Notes: generated by a model from the letters alone, not told the origin. A stretch of DNA of 38,741 nucleotides from a virus (IMGVR_UViG_3300036660_000027:1-38741); one strand, 5' to 3'. Counted from the stretch's first letter, positions 21,353 to 30,314 are shown. Numbers and translations are program-made.

Positions 21353-21780
21353 CGCCCCCCACACCGATGCACGCCTACCAATCCATCACCACCGCCCGCG
21401 TGATGCCCCCAGCAGCCCCAACGCGGCCCGCTGCGTATGCAACTCGCATGGCCCAGCACATCGCACTAGGCAAAACACCAGCGCAGGCTATGGCCGCGAT
21501 AGAGCGCGCGGATGGGCATATGGGGCGCGTGCCACCAAAAGCACAGCCCGGAAACTCGGGCATTCGGAAAACCCCGCGCCCCAACAGCGCCGCGCTAACC
21601 GCAGATCGCATCATGCCGCACCTCACCCACGAATGGCAGCCCCTCTCCCCAGCGCTGTGTGGTGCCATAGGCGTCCGCCATGAAACGATCCGCATGGCAA
21701 TCAAGGCCCTCGTCGCGGCTGGCAAAGTGGAGTGCAAGCGCGGCAACGGCAGAACCCCGTCAATGTGGAGGCTAGCATGA
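21349..21780 (+). CDS. Hypothetical protein with C-terminal winged-helix-like segment
   Basis: 143 aa. The C-terminus HETIRMAIKALVAAGKVECKRGNGRTPSMWRL resembles MarR/wHTH recognition helix plus wing. Confidence 0.6.
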   Translation: MTPPTPMHAYQSITTARVMPPAAPTRPAAYATRMAQHIALGKTPAQAMAAIERADGHMGRVPPKAQPGNSGIRKTPRPNSAALTADRIMPHLTHEWQPLSPALCGAIGVRHETIRMAIKALVAAGKVECKRGNGRTPSMWRLA

Positions 21781-22178
21781 CCTGCCAACAGCGCGCTCGC
21801 AAAGGCGCATCTATGGAACTGGTCCACGCCTGTTACGATGGCGTCAAGACTGCGCAGGAAATCGCGCTAGAGCTAAACTTCAGCAGCGCCTATGTGCGCG
21901 CCACGATCAACCGCCTTGGCCTGCCCATAGTCCGCCCCAAAGGCTTATCGCGCCGTGCGGAATACTTCGCCGCAGCCGCCGCTGGAATGACGCACGAGGA
22001 AGCCGCCGCACACCTTGGCGTCACGCACGCCGGAGTGCGCAGTATGGCGACAGCCCACGGCATTACCTTCCGCTCAAAACTGCAACACAGCGCGCCACCT
22101 AAGCCGATCAAGGTTGCCCCGGTAAAGATTTCCGCATCCCCCGAAGCCATCCGCCGATACCTGGAGAGGGCCAAATGA
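21777..22178 (+). CDS. Double-HTH protein (possible late-gene regulator)
   Basis: ATG 21777 overlaps the upstream stop. 133 aa. Two HTH-like segments: TAQEIALELNFSSAYVRATINRLG and THEEAAAHLGVTHAGVRSMATAHG. Confidence 0.6.
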   Translation: MTCQQRARKGASMELVHACYDGVKTAQEIALELNFSSAYVRATINRLGLPIVRPKGLSRRAEYFAAAAAGMTHEEAAAHLGVTHAGVRSMATAHGITFRSKLQHSAPPKPIKVAPVKISASPEAIRRYLERAK

Positions 22179-22381
22179 ACGCGCAACCCGTCCGCCGCCT
22201 TGGCATCGATTACCCATCGCAATCAGCCCTAGCGCGCGCCTTGGGCGTATCTCACCAGACAATCGCATTCCACCTTAACAATGGGTCGCTTGATCGCGCC
22301 GGGGTTCGGGATGGCAAGCGCGTGCATCAGCGCAAGCGAAAGCCCGTCACGATGCCGCAAATGCCAAACAGCCAACGATAA
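22175..22381 (+). CDS. Small HTH protein
   Basis: 68 aa. SQSALARALGVSHQTIAFHLNNG is followed by a basic tail. Confidence 0.6.
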   Translation: MNAQPVRRLGIDYPSQSALARALGVSHQTIAFHLNNGSLDRAGVRDGKRVHQRKRKPVTMPQMPNSQR

Positions 22382-22399
22382 CAAACGAGGGGCAGGGAT

Positions 22400-22531
22400 A
22401 TGAACGCCATGATCGAGAAGCCCACCAAGGCCCGCAGCAAGCGCCAGCGCATCGACCGCAAGCAGCACAGGTCACACACGAACAGTAATAAAATGGGCAA
22501 TTCGGAAAGGACGGATTACGTAATGACGTGA
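22400..22531 (+). CDS. 43-aa basic mini-ORF (tentative)
   Basis: My hand translation gives MNAMIEKPTKARSKRQRIDRKQHRSHTNSNKMGNSERTDYVMT. The first two thirds are GC3-rich. It is below the track cutoff. Confidence 0.3.
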   Translation: MNAMIEKPTKARSKRQRIDRKQHRSHTNSNKMGNSERTDYVMT

Positions 22532-22556
22532 CAAATTGCGCAATAAGTTATACATT
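22528..22556 (+). promoter_or_regulatory. Promoter candidate for the structural operon: GTGACA-N17-TACATT
   Basis: It sits in an AT-rich gap and has the same -10 hexamer as the P-L candidate. It is flanked by TTGCGCAA (22536) and TTGCGAAA (22557). Confidence 0.3.
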
Positions 22557-22583
22557 TTGCGAAATCTCACAAAAGGCCACACC

Positions 22584-22823
22584 ATGACCCTGATGACCGA
22601 TCCAGCCGCAGTTCTACAGGCGATCACACCGTCTGACACCACCAACATCGGGCCCGCGCGGGGCTTCATCATCGGCGTTGCGGGCACCGTTGCCGTGCAA
22701 ACCAAAGGCATGAGTGCGCCCGTCACCCTCACAGGTTTGGCAACCGGCATTGTCCATCCCATCAGCGCCCGGTTTATCTTCGCCACCGGAACAACCGCCA
22801 CCAGCATCGTCGCGGTGTATTGA
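22584..22823 (+). CDS. Small beta-rich structural protein, RcGTA head-spike-base (Rcc01079)-like
   Basis: ATG 22584 gives 79 aa. ITPSDTTNIGPARGFIIGVAGTVAV ... ATGTTATSIVAVY matches my recollection of the spike base protein family. The family call is tentative. Confidence 0.55.
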   Translation: MTLMTDPAAVLQAITPSDTTNIGPARGFIIGVAGTVAVQTKGMSAPVTLTGLATGIVHPISARFIFATGTTATSIVAVY

Positions 22824-22827
22824 GACC

Positions 22828-23223
22828 ATGGCAGCAAAATTCCTGCCAAGCCAAGCCGAAGAGGTTTGCGCCCGCATTAGCGAAGGCGAAAGCTTGGTGG
22901 CAGTTTGCCGTGATCCAAAATTGCCCAGCATTCGAACTGTCATGCGTTGGCTAGCTGAAAGGGAAGACTTCAGGCAAGACTACGCCCGCGCTCGCGAAGC
23001 CAAGGCAGACGCGGACGCAGACGGCATTAGCGATATCGCCGCCCGCACGCTAAAGGGCGAATATGACCCTCAAGCCGCCCGCGTTGCTATTGATGCGATG
23101 AAGTGGGCAGCGGCCAAAATGCAGCCCAAAAAATACGGCGACAAGATCGACGTAAACCACGGCGGCGGCATCGCGATTACCGGAATCGAGGTCACGTTTG
23201 TCAAGCCGACAGATAAAGCCTAG
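22828..23223 (+). CDS. terS: Terminase small subunit
   Basis: ATG 22828 gives 131 aa. The N-terminal HTH pattern EEVCARISEGESLVAVCRDPKLPSIRTVMRWLAEREDFRQDYARAREAKAD is typical of this TerS family. It lies directly upstream of TerL. Confidence 0.75.
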   Translation: MAAKFLPSQAEEVCARISEGESLVAVCRDPKLPSIRTVMRWLAEREDFRQDYARAREAKADADADGISDIAARTLKGEYDPQAARVAIDAMKWAAAKMQPKKYGDKIDVNHGGGIAITGIEVTFVKPTDKA

Positions 23224-24514
23224 CACCCCCGCAGCCTTCGCGCCTTTGTGGACGGTCAAAAGCCGATACAAAGGGGCGCATGGGGGGCGAGGTTCAGCTA
23301 AATCAAACGACCGCGCCCAAGCTGTGCTGATTGCCATGATGCAGCGCCCCGGTTGTCGGGTTGTTTGCGTTCGTGAGGTGCAAAACTCCATCAAGGACAG
23401 CGTCAAGCAATTGCTGACCGACTGGATAACCCGGCTGGATCTGCACGGCTATTTTCAAATCCTTGACACTGAAATTCGCGGGCCGAACAACAGCCTTTGC
23501 ATCTTTCGCGGGATGAACGACCAAAACGCCGACACGATCAAATCCCTTGAGGGCTATGACATTGCTTGGTGGGAGGAAGCGCAAACCGCGTCAGAACGCT
23601 CGCTGGACCTTCTGCGCCCGACACTGCGCAAGGCTGGATCGGAGTTGTGGTTCAGTTGGAACCCGCGCTTTAAAACCGATCCGATTGACATATTCCTGCG
23701 GCAAAACCCACCACCCGGCGCAGTGGTTATCGCCGTCAACTATGACAGCAACCCGTGGTTTCCTGCCGAACTGGAAGCCGAACGCCTGCATGATGAGAAG
23801 ACCCAATCGCCGGAAAAGTATGCCCATGTCTGGCTAGGCGCATATGAAAAGGCTGGCGATAGGCAATTCATTCCTGCTGGCATCGTGGAGCGCGCGCAGA
23901 AGGGCAACCCCTACACCCATCCTAGCGATGAGGTCATCATGGGCGTGGACGTGGCGCGGTTTGGCGATGATGAAACCGTCATAGCCTTCCGGCGCGGGCG
24001 CGATGCGGCTTATGAGACATGGCTGGCGCTGCCCAAGTTGGACACAATGGAAACCGCAGGACGGGTTGCGGCGCTGATTGATCGCCATCGGCCGGACGCG
24101 GTGTTTGTCGACGAGACAGGCGTGGGCGCTGGCGTGGTCGACCGGCTGAAGTCGCTGCAATACACCATCATCGGCGTGAACTTCGGGTCCAGCCCGACCG
24201 GTTTAACCAAGGTCAAAACCGCCAACAAGCGCGCTGAAATGTGGCAGCGCATGAAGGAATGGCTAGAGCAGGGCGGTGTGCGCATTCCAAACGATCCATC
24301 GCTAGAGGTCGAGCTAACCGGCGTGGAATATAAGCACGATCAGAACAACGCCATTCTGCTCGAGAAAAAAGAAGACATGAAGAAGCGCGGGCTTCGATCA
24401 CCTGACAGGGCCGACGCCTTGGCGCTCACCTTTGCATACCCCGTGTCGCCAAAAGGTTCGCAATACGAGCGTGAGGATTCTTCGCGCGGCAACAATGAAA
24501 CCACCGGCTACTGA
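23198..24514 (+). CDS. terL: Terminase large subunit
   Basis: 438 aa. Walker A context RYKGAHGGRGSAKS is present, and there is a C-terminal nuclease-type region (GVDVARFGDDETV). The TTG start has a GAGG SD 6 nt upstream. Confidence 0.9.
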   Translation: MSSRQIKPSTPAAFAPLWTVKSRYKGAHGGRGSAKSNDRAQAVLIAMMQRPGCRVVCVREVQNSIKDSVKQLLTDWITRLDLHGYFQILDTEIRGPNNSLCIFRGMNDQNADTIKSLEGYDIAWWEEAQTASERSLDLLRPTLRKAGSELWFSWNPRFKTDPIDIFLRQNPPPGAVVIAVNYDSNPWFPAELEAERLHDEKTQSPEKYAHVWLGAYEKAGDRQFIPAGIVERAQKGNPYTHPSDEVIMGVDVARFGDDETVIAFRRGRDAAYETWLALPKLDTMETAGRVAALIDRHRPDAVFVDETGVGAGVVDRLKSLQYTIIGVNFGSSPTGLTKVKTANKRAEMWQRMKEWLEQGGVRIPNDPSLEVELTGVEYKHDQNNAILLEKKEDMKKRGLRSPDRADALALTFAYPVSPKGSQYEREDSSRGNNETTGY

Positions 24515-24524
24515 GGTATTAATC

Positions 24525-26705
24525 ATGGACGATATGCAGCCTAACGACGCGATGGCAGTGGACGACAACGAAACGCCTCAGGCCGATCCGCCAATGGCCC
24601 CTGAGGCGTTCGTCGACATGGTCACGCAGGCGCAAAACCTAGCGCGCGATATGACTGACTTGGAACTAACCCGCGTTGCCCGGCAGGTGCTTGAGGATTT
24701 CGATCTGGACAAGGACAGCATGTCCGATTGGCTGGACCAAATGAAGCGCGGCATTGATCTGGCAAAGCTGGTGAAGGCCGAAAAGACCTATCCATTCAAG
24801 CGCGCATCGAACGTCAAGTATCCGCTTGTCACCAGCGCCGCGCTGCAATTCAACGCCCGCGCCTATCCCGCCATTGTGCCGTCTGATCAGGTCGTCAGGG
24901 CTGCGGTGTTTGGCGAGGACGCGCAGGGGCTAAAGGCTGCACGCGGCGAACGCATTGCGGCGCATATGTCGTGGCAGCTCACCAGCCAGATGGAGGAGTG
25001 GGAGGAGGACACCGACAAGCTGCTTCTACAACTCCCCATCGTTGGAACAATGGTGCGCAAGGTCTGGTATGATCCGGTGCAAAAGCGGCCCCGGTCGAGA
25101 CTGTTGGAGCCGGGCGCATTCGTGATCAATGACAAGGTCAAAACCCTGACCGACGCCCCGCGCGCATCTGAGGAGCTGTCGCTCTATCCGTCCGAGATCG
25201 CCACCCGCGTTAAGTCGGGTCAGTTCGTTGAATGCGACTACGACGAGGGGCAAGACAAGCAAGAGGCGCAGATGTTCATCGAGCAGCATTGCCTGCTTGA
25301 TCTCGACGAGGACGGCATCTCTGAGCCGTACATCGTGACGGTTCACCGCGACACAGAAAAGGTCGTGCGCGTGGTCGCCGATTTCGAGCCGACTGACGTG
25401 AAATATTCCACCGAGCCGCGAATGCAAATGATGACCGGCGAAATGGGTATGCCCCCCGGTCAAATGATGCAGCACGAGGTTGTGACGGGCATCACCGCAA
25501 TCAATCGCGGCAGCTATTTCATCGCATACAAGTTCATGCCTGGCATCGACGGCGGCTTTCACGGCACCGGGCTTGGCCTGCTGTTGGGCGATATCAGCGA
25601 CACCATCAACACCATTATCAACCTGATGCTAGACGCGGGCCACATGGCTAGCCTTGGCGGCGGGTTCATTGGCTCGGAGTTTCGCATCAAGGGCGGGAAC
25701 CAGCGGTTTGAACCCGGCGAATGGAAAATGATGAGCGCCACCGGCAACGACATGCGGTCAAGCATTGTTCCGATGACCTTCCCCGGACCGGATGCGGTTC
25801 TGCTGCAAATGCTCGGTATGCTGATCGAGGCTGGCAAGGAAATCAGCAGCACCAAGGATATCATGACCGGCGATAATGGCGGGCAGGTGCAAACCGCCAC
25901 CACCACGCTGGCCTTGATTGAGCAGGGCATGATGGTGTTCAGCGCGGCCTATAAGCGCATCTTCAGGGCCTTGCGCCGTGAGTACACCCTGCTAGCCAAG
26001 ATCAATTCCCGCACCGTCGATCCACAGCAGTACAACGCCTTCCACGACATTGTGGATGCCCAAGGCCAGCCGGTTATGTTCGATCCTGCGGCTGAGTATG
26101 GCGCGGCGGATATGGATATTCAGCCGGTCGCCGATCCGCGCAGCGTCACCAAAATGCAGGAAATGGCAAAGGCGAACATGCTGATGCAGATGGCACAGCA
26201 AGGGCTGATTGATCCGCAGGCGGCGGGTAAGCGCGTTCTGGAAGCCGCAGCGATTGGTAACATCGAGGAACTGTCACCAAAGCCCGACCCGCAAAAGGCC
26301 CAGCAGCAGGCGCAGATGGAGCAATTCCAGATGAACATGGCAATGGAGATGGCCCGCGCGAAACTTGTGGAAACCATGGCTGACGTTGAATTGACGCTGG
26401 CAAAGATCGAAACCGAAAAAGCCAACATGATTAAAACCATGTCGGAGGCCGACGCCAAGCACGCCACGATCCGACTGGACCGAATGACCTTGATGTTAGA
26501 GGAGCGCCGCAATGGGCTTGAGCAAGCGATTAACGCCGGAACTATGGGAGGAATGGCAGGGCAGTCTGGCAACGCAGACGGTCCAGTCAGCCTTGTCGGA
26601 TATGATACATCGCCAGCGCCTAGCCGCAACGGCGGCGTATTGGGCGGGCAACCCATGGCCGGAATCGGAGCGCCTGGCGCTTTCCCGAATGGCGGCGTGG
26701 CATGA
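24525..26705 (+). CDS. Portal protein
   Basis: ATG 24525 (GAGG SD 8 nt upstream) gives 726 aa. It immediately follows TerL and has a long C-terminal coiled coil and a Gly-rich tail. The track start 24432 lies inside terL. Confidence 0.85.
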   Translation: MDDMQPNDAMAVDDNETPQADPPMAPEAFVDMVTQAQNLARDMTDLELTRVARQVLEDFDLDKDSMSDWLDQMKRGIDLAKLVKAEKTYPFKRASNVKYPLVTSAALQFNARAYPAIVPSDQVVRAAVFGEDAQGLKAARGERIAAHMSWQLTSQMEEWEEDTDKLLLQLPIVGTMVRKVWYDPVQKRPRSRLLEPGAFVINDKVKTLTDAPRASEELSLYPSEIATRVKSGQFVECDYDEGQDKQEAQMFIEQHCLLDLDEDGISEPYIVTVHRDTEKVVRVVADFEPTDVKYSTEPRMQMMTGEMGMPPGQMMQHEVVTGITAINRGSYFIAYKFMPGIDGGFHGTGLGLLLGDISDTINTIINLMLDAGHMASLGGGFIGSEFRIKGGNQRFEPGEWKMMSATGNDMRSSIVPMTFPGPDAVLLQMLGMLIEAGKEISSTKDIMTGDNGGQVQTATTTLALIEQGMMVFSAAYKRIFRALRREYTLLAKINSRTVDPQQYNAFHDIVDAQGQPVMFDPAAEYGAADMDIQPVADPRSVTKMQEMAKANMLMQMAQQGLIDPQAAGKRVLEAAAIGNIEELSPKPDPQKAQQQAQMEQFQMNMAMEMARAKLVETMADVELTLAKIETEKANMIKTMSEADAKHATIRLDRMTLMLEERRNGLEQAINAGTMGGMAGQSGNADGPVSLVGYDTSPAPSRNGGVLGGQPMAGIGAPGAFPNGGVA

Positions 26706-26766
26706 GGACTTCTTCACCGCCACGCTTGATGAAATCACCGAAGCTTTGAGAGAGGACGGGCAATGA
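26512..26766 (+). CDS. Hypothetical 84-aa protein overprinted on the portal 3' end (start uncertain)
   Basis: Track ORF whose stop overlaps the GroES-like ATG (ATGA). Third-position GC is about 69% in this frame versus about 56% in the portal frame over the overlap (hand count). The sequence is protein-like (LTPELWEEWQGSLATQTVQSALSDMIHRQRL...). Confidence 0.45.
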   Translation: MGLSKRLTPELWEEWQGSLATQTVQSALSDMIHRQRLAATAAYWAGNPWPESERLALSRMAAWHEDFFTATLDEITEALREDGQ

Positions 26767-27083
26767 GTAACAAGAGCGGCATCAATCCGATGGAATATAA
26801 CTGCTTGGTCAAGCCGATTGCGGTCGAGGTGAAAACCAAGGGCGGTTTGTTCTTGGCGGAAAGCACCGTTGAGAAAGAGGAATTCGGGCGCATGGAGGGG
26901 CATTTGGTTGCCGCCAGCCCGATGGCATTCACGTTCGAGGATTGGCCGGACGATGCGGTTGGTCCTCAGATCGGCGACCGCGTGCTGTTCTCGCGCTATC
27001 AGGCAACTGAGGTGACGGGCAGTGATGGGGCTAAATACTGGATGCTTAAGGACAAAGCAATTATGGGGGTAATGACGCCATGA
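26763..27083 (+). CDS. GroES (Cpn10)-like co-chaperonin
   Basis: 106 aa. INPMEYNCLVKP..VEVKTKGGLFL...EK...G.LVA ... IGDRVLFSRY..TEV...G.KYWMLKDKAIMGV parallels GroES landmarks (KTxGGI, GDxVLF, DILAV). Confidence 0.75.
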   Translation: MSNKSGINPMEYNCLVKPIAVEVKTKGGLFLAESTVEKEEFGRMEGHLVAASPMAFTFEDWPDDAVGPQIGDRVLFSRYQATEVTGSDGAKYWMLKDKAIMGVMTP

Positions 27084-27907
27084 GCGAAGATCTAGAACCA
27101 CACGATCCGATTGACGATGAAGTAACCGGCGGTGAAGCTGATCCAGCGAAACCCGATTGGACCGATGAGGACGCGGCTGAAGCGAAAGCCTTTGGCTGGA
27201 AATCACCGGACGAATGGGCAGGCGAAAAGCCGAAAGGCTACATCGATGATCCGCGCCGCTATATGGACCGGGCCGAAACGTTCCGCCCGTTCAAGGTGCT
27301 GCGGGATCGGTCTGACAAGTTGGAAGCTGAATATTCAGAGCGGTTCCGCAAGATTGAAGCCACCAATTCGGCGACGATTGAAAGACAGCGTAAGCAATAT
27401 GACATCGATATCGAGAGCATCAAGCGCCAGCAGCTTGACGCAGTGGATACCGCTGACCGCGAGCGCTATGACGTCCTAGAGCGCCAGAAGTCTACGCTTG
27501 AGCGCCCGATGGAGATGCCAGCGCAACAGCAGCATGTGCCGGATCAATTCGTCGCGGAATATGCCAAGACGAATGATTGGGTCAATAACCCGATCCTGCG
27601 CGAGGTCGGGGCAAAGTTGATCGAGGCTGGCGGATATGCCAATCGGCCTGCGAAAGAGCAAATCGAATATGCAGAGGTGCAGGTTCGTAAAATGTATCCC
27701 GGCATGTTCGCGGCTCCGGTCACGCAAGCGACCCCGATGCAAAACCGCGTTGACGGCGGCGGTTTAGGTGGCAGGGCTAGTGGCGGTGCATTCGCAAAAC
27801 TGCCCAGCGAGGCCAAGTCGGCATTCAAGCGGTTTGTCGATCAGGGCATCTTCCAAGACAATGAAGCAGACAGAAAGAGGTATTCCAATGACTATGAAGC
27901 ATACTGA
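27080..27907 (+). CDS. Scaffolding protein
   Basis: 275 aa with an acidic N-terminus and a long charged helical middle. It lies between portal and capsid genes. Confidence 0.65.
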   Translation: MSEDLEPHDPIDDEVTGGEADPAKPDWTDEDAAEAKAFGWKSPDEWAGEKPKGYIDDPRRYMDRAETFRPFKVLRDRSDKLEAEYSERFRKIEATNSATIERQRKQYDIDIESIKRQQLDAVDTADRERYDVLERQKSTLERPMEMPAQQQHVPDQFVAEYAKTNDWVNNPILREVGAKLIEAGGYANRPAKEQIEYAEVQVRKMYPGMFAAPVTQATPMQNRVDGGGLGGRASGGAFAKLPSEAKSAFKRFVDQGIFQDNEADRKRYSNDYEAY

Positions 27908-28319
27908 AAACCAAGCGCGCCGGAAGCAACGCGATGGCGGCGAGATTAGTGGCAAGCGCATGGCTGTTGCCGAAAGCAAGCTCGATCACCGCAAATTTGT
28001 TTACCGCTGGATTAATGACGAGCCTTCGCGTATGTTTGCGCTGACGAAAGAGGACGATTGGGACATTGTTCCAAATGACGGCGTGAAAGACGACGCGGCT
28101 GACATGAGTACCGCAGTCACCACGGTTGTCGGAACCAAGCCCGATGGTAGCCCTTTGCTAGCCTACCTGTGCCGCAAGTTGCGCACATACTACGATGAGG
28201 ACCAAGCGGGTAAATCCGCCCTACTGGATGAGCAGATCGATGAGTTGCGGCGTGGGAATGATCGTTCCGGCGGTTCGCAATCTGACTACATCCCGCCAGC
28301 CGGAATTCGTATCGGCTGA
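27888..28319 (+). CDS. Head-module protein of unknown function
   Basis: ATG 27888 with an AAGAGG SD 7 nt upstream gives 143 aa. It overlaps the scaffold gene end by 20 nt. Confidence 0.6.
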   Translation: MTMKHTENQARRKQRDGGEISGKRMAVAESKLDHRKFVYRWINDEPSRMFALTKEDDWDIVPNDGVKDDAADMSTAVTTVVGTKPDGSPLLAYLCRKLRTYYDEDQAGKSALLDEQIDELRRGNDRSGGSQSDYIPPAGIRIG

Positions 28320-28339
28320 CCTCATCTTAGGAGCATGTC

Positions 28340-28963
28340 ATGCCCAACACCAACAACCCGACAGGTCTTCGACCCGTCAAACAGCAAGGTGCCGCTGAGT
28401 ACAGCGGGGCCATCAACACATACTATGTTCCGGCGTCGTATGCAGTGGCGCTGTTCATCGGCGACCCTGTTGTCAAAACTGGCACCGGCAACGCAACCAA
28501 GATCACTGCCCCCGGCGCTGGTTCGTTTGCGGTTGGCACGGTTGCCGAAGTCAACAAGGCCGTCGCAGGCACGACCAACCGCGTCACCGGCGTGATTGTC
28601 GGGTTCGCGCCCGATCCTGATGGCCTAGGCCGTATCCACAACCCAGCCAGCACCCTGCGTGTTGTCTATGTCTGCGATGATCCGAACGCTGTGTTCGAGA
28701 TTCAGGCAGACGGCGTTGTTGGCGTGTTGTCGGTCGGCCTGAATGCGGTTCTGACCTATGCGGTTGCAGGCAGTGCTGTGTCCGGCTTCTCCGGTGCGCA
28801 GCTTGACAGCGGCACTACGACGGCACCCGCCACCACTGCGGCTTTCCAAATGCAAATCCTGCGTGCGGTAAACCGTGAAGACAACGAAGGCGATCTGACC
28901 AACGCGAAGTTCATCGTCAAACTCATCAACCACACCGAAGTTAACGCTTCGGCTGGCATTTAA
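28340..28963 (+). CDS. Beta-rich capsid accessory protein (cement/decoration candidate)
   Basis: 207 aa, rich in G/A/V/T. It lies immediately upstream of the major capsid gene, the position held by the cement protein in BPP-1-type phages (recalled). The function is inferred. Confidence 0.55.
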   Translation: MPNTNNPTGLRPVKQQGAAEYSGAINTYYVPASYAVALFIGDPVVKTGTGNATKITAPGAGSFAVGTVAEVNKAVAGTTNRVTGVIVGFAPDPDGLGRIHNPASTLRVVYVCDDPNAVFEIQADGVVGVLSVGLNAVLTYAVAGSAVSGFSGAQLDSGTTTAPATTAAFQMQILRAVNREDNEGDLTNAKFIVKLINHTEVNASAGI

Positions 28964-28977
28964 GGGAGGGCTGAGAA

Positions 28978-29886
28978 ATGGCTGTTATTACAACTGGTTC
29001 GCACCCCAAGGCCCTTTGGCCGGGCGTGAAGGCTTACTTCGGCAAAACCTATGCTGAAAAGCCAGTCGTGGCGGATATGGTGTTCGACACCATGCAATCC
29101 GACAAGGCATATGAAGAGTACGTCGAGGAGACTGGCTTCGGGCTTGCCCCGGTTAAGCCGGAAGGCACCGGCATCAGCTACGACACTGATTCGCAGGGCT
29201 ATATCTCGCGGATTGTCAACGTGACCTACGCCCTTGGGGCCAAGGTGACGATGGAGGCCATTGACGACAACCAATATGAGAACGTCGCTAAGGCCAAAAC
29301 CAAAAAGCTGGCACGGTCTATGCGCCAGACCAAAGAGAACGTTTTCGCCAACATCCTGAACCGTGGCTTCAACTCCGCGTTCACCGGCGGCGACGGCGTG
29401 GCCTTGCTGTCGGCTTCTCACCCGACGCTCTCGGGCAACCAGTCGAACCTCGGAACCGTTGCAGCCGATATTTCGGAAGCAGCCATCGAGGACATGCTGA
29501 CCCAGATCCGTCTGGTGAAAGATAGCCGTGGTCTGCGCTTGCAGCTTAAGGGCATCACGCTGATTGTTTCGCCGCAGCAGGAATTCATCGCCTCGCGCAT
29601 CCTGTCGAGCAACAACCAATCGGCGACTGCAAACAACGACATCAACGCCATGAAGAAGCTAGGCCAACTGCCCGGCGGCGTGATTGTCTGGGACTACCTG
29701 ACGGACGCAGACGCATGGTTTATCAAAACCGATGCGGACACTGGCCTGATCCGCCAACAGCGCAAAGAACTGAGCTTCGCGCAGGACAACGACTTCGACA
29801 CGTCGAACGCCTGCATGAAAGCGATGGAGCGTTATGCTGGCGGTTGGGGCGATTGGCGCGGCATTCTCGGCTCGCCCGGCGTCTGA
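28978..29886 (+). CDS. Major capsid protein (HK97 fold)
   Basis: 302 aa. The N-terminus ALWPGVKAYFGKTYAEKP...SDKAYEEYVEETGFGLAPVKPEGTGISYD is a pattern I recall from podovirus major capsid proteins. It has a strong SD and the central position in the head module. Confidence 0.85.
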   Translation: MAVITTGSHPKALWPGVKAYFGKTYAEKPVVADMVFDTMQSDKAYEEYVEETGFGLAPVKPEGTGISYDTDSQGYISRIVNVTYALGAKVTMEAIDDNQYENVAKAKTKKLARSMRQTKENVFANILNRGFNSAFTGGDGVALLSASHPTLSGNQSNLGTVAADISEAAIEDMLTQIRLVKDSRGLRLQLKGITLIVSPQQEFIASRILSSNNQSATANNDINAMKKLGQLPGGVIVWDYLTDADAWFIKTDADTGLIRQQRKELSFAQDNDFDTSNACMKAMERYAGGWGDWRGILGSPGV

Positions 29887-29936
29887 CCCAATAGCGGGGC
29901 TGTAAAGGCCCCGCTTCATCATCAGGAGGGCTAACC

Positions 29937-30314
29937 ATGCCAGTTACGAACTTTCCAAACGGTATCAGCGCCGCCCCTGTGGGGATTTCCGGCCCGTTGA
30001 CCGGCGCTATCGGGGCCGCAACTTCTGTTGCCGGTGCCGTCACTCTTGCCGCCCTTACGGGCAAGATCACCACTGAGGCGCTGACCACGGCGGCGGTAAC
30101 GGCTTACACGCTGACGATCACCAATAGCTTGGTTGCGGCTGCGGACGTTGTTCTGGTGTCGGTGGCATTTGGAACAAACACCACCGGCGCAACTGCGGTT
30201 TCCCGAGTGCAACCTTCCGCTGGTTCGGTTGTGGTGCTCATCCGCAACGTGGATGCTGTCGCTGCGTTCAACGGCACGTTGGTTGTCTCGTTCCAAGTCC
30301 TGAAAGCCACCTAA
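29937..30314 (+). CDS. Small beta-rich structural protein, tandem paralog A
   Basis: 125 aa. The first 27 aa are identical to paralog B, with 84/125 identical overall (hand alignment, no gaps). Confidence 0.75.
   Translation: MPVTNFPNGISAAPVGISGPLTGAIGAATSVAGAVTLAALTGKITTEALTTAAVTAYTLTITNSLVAAADVVLVSVAFGTNTTGATAVSRVQPSAGSVVVLIRNVDAVAAFNGTLVVSFQVLKAT

Noticed and set aside
25026-29619. Large antisense track ORFs inside structural genes (25026..25562, 26120..26656, 26496..27206 and 28960..29619). Others of the same kind lie elsewhere (3226..3798, 7954..8769 and 36602..37231).
   Set aside because: They are typical high-GC shadow ORFs opposite well-supported genes (portal, scaffold, capsid, endolysin and so on). 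Their compositions are skewed (R/H/L/P-rich) and they have no independent start context.
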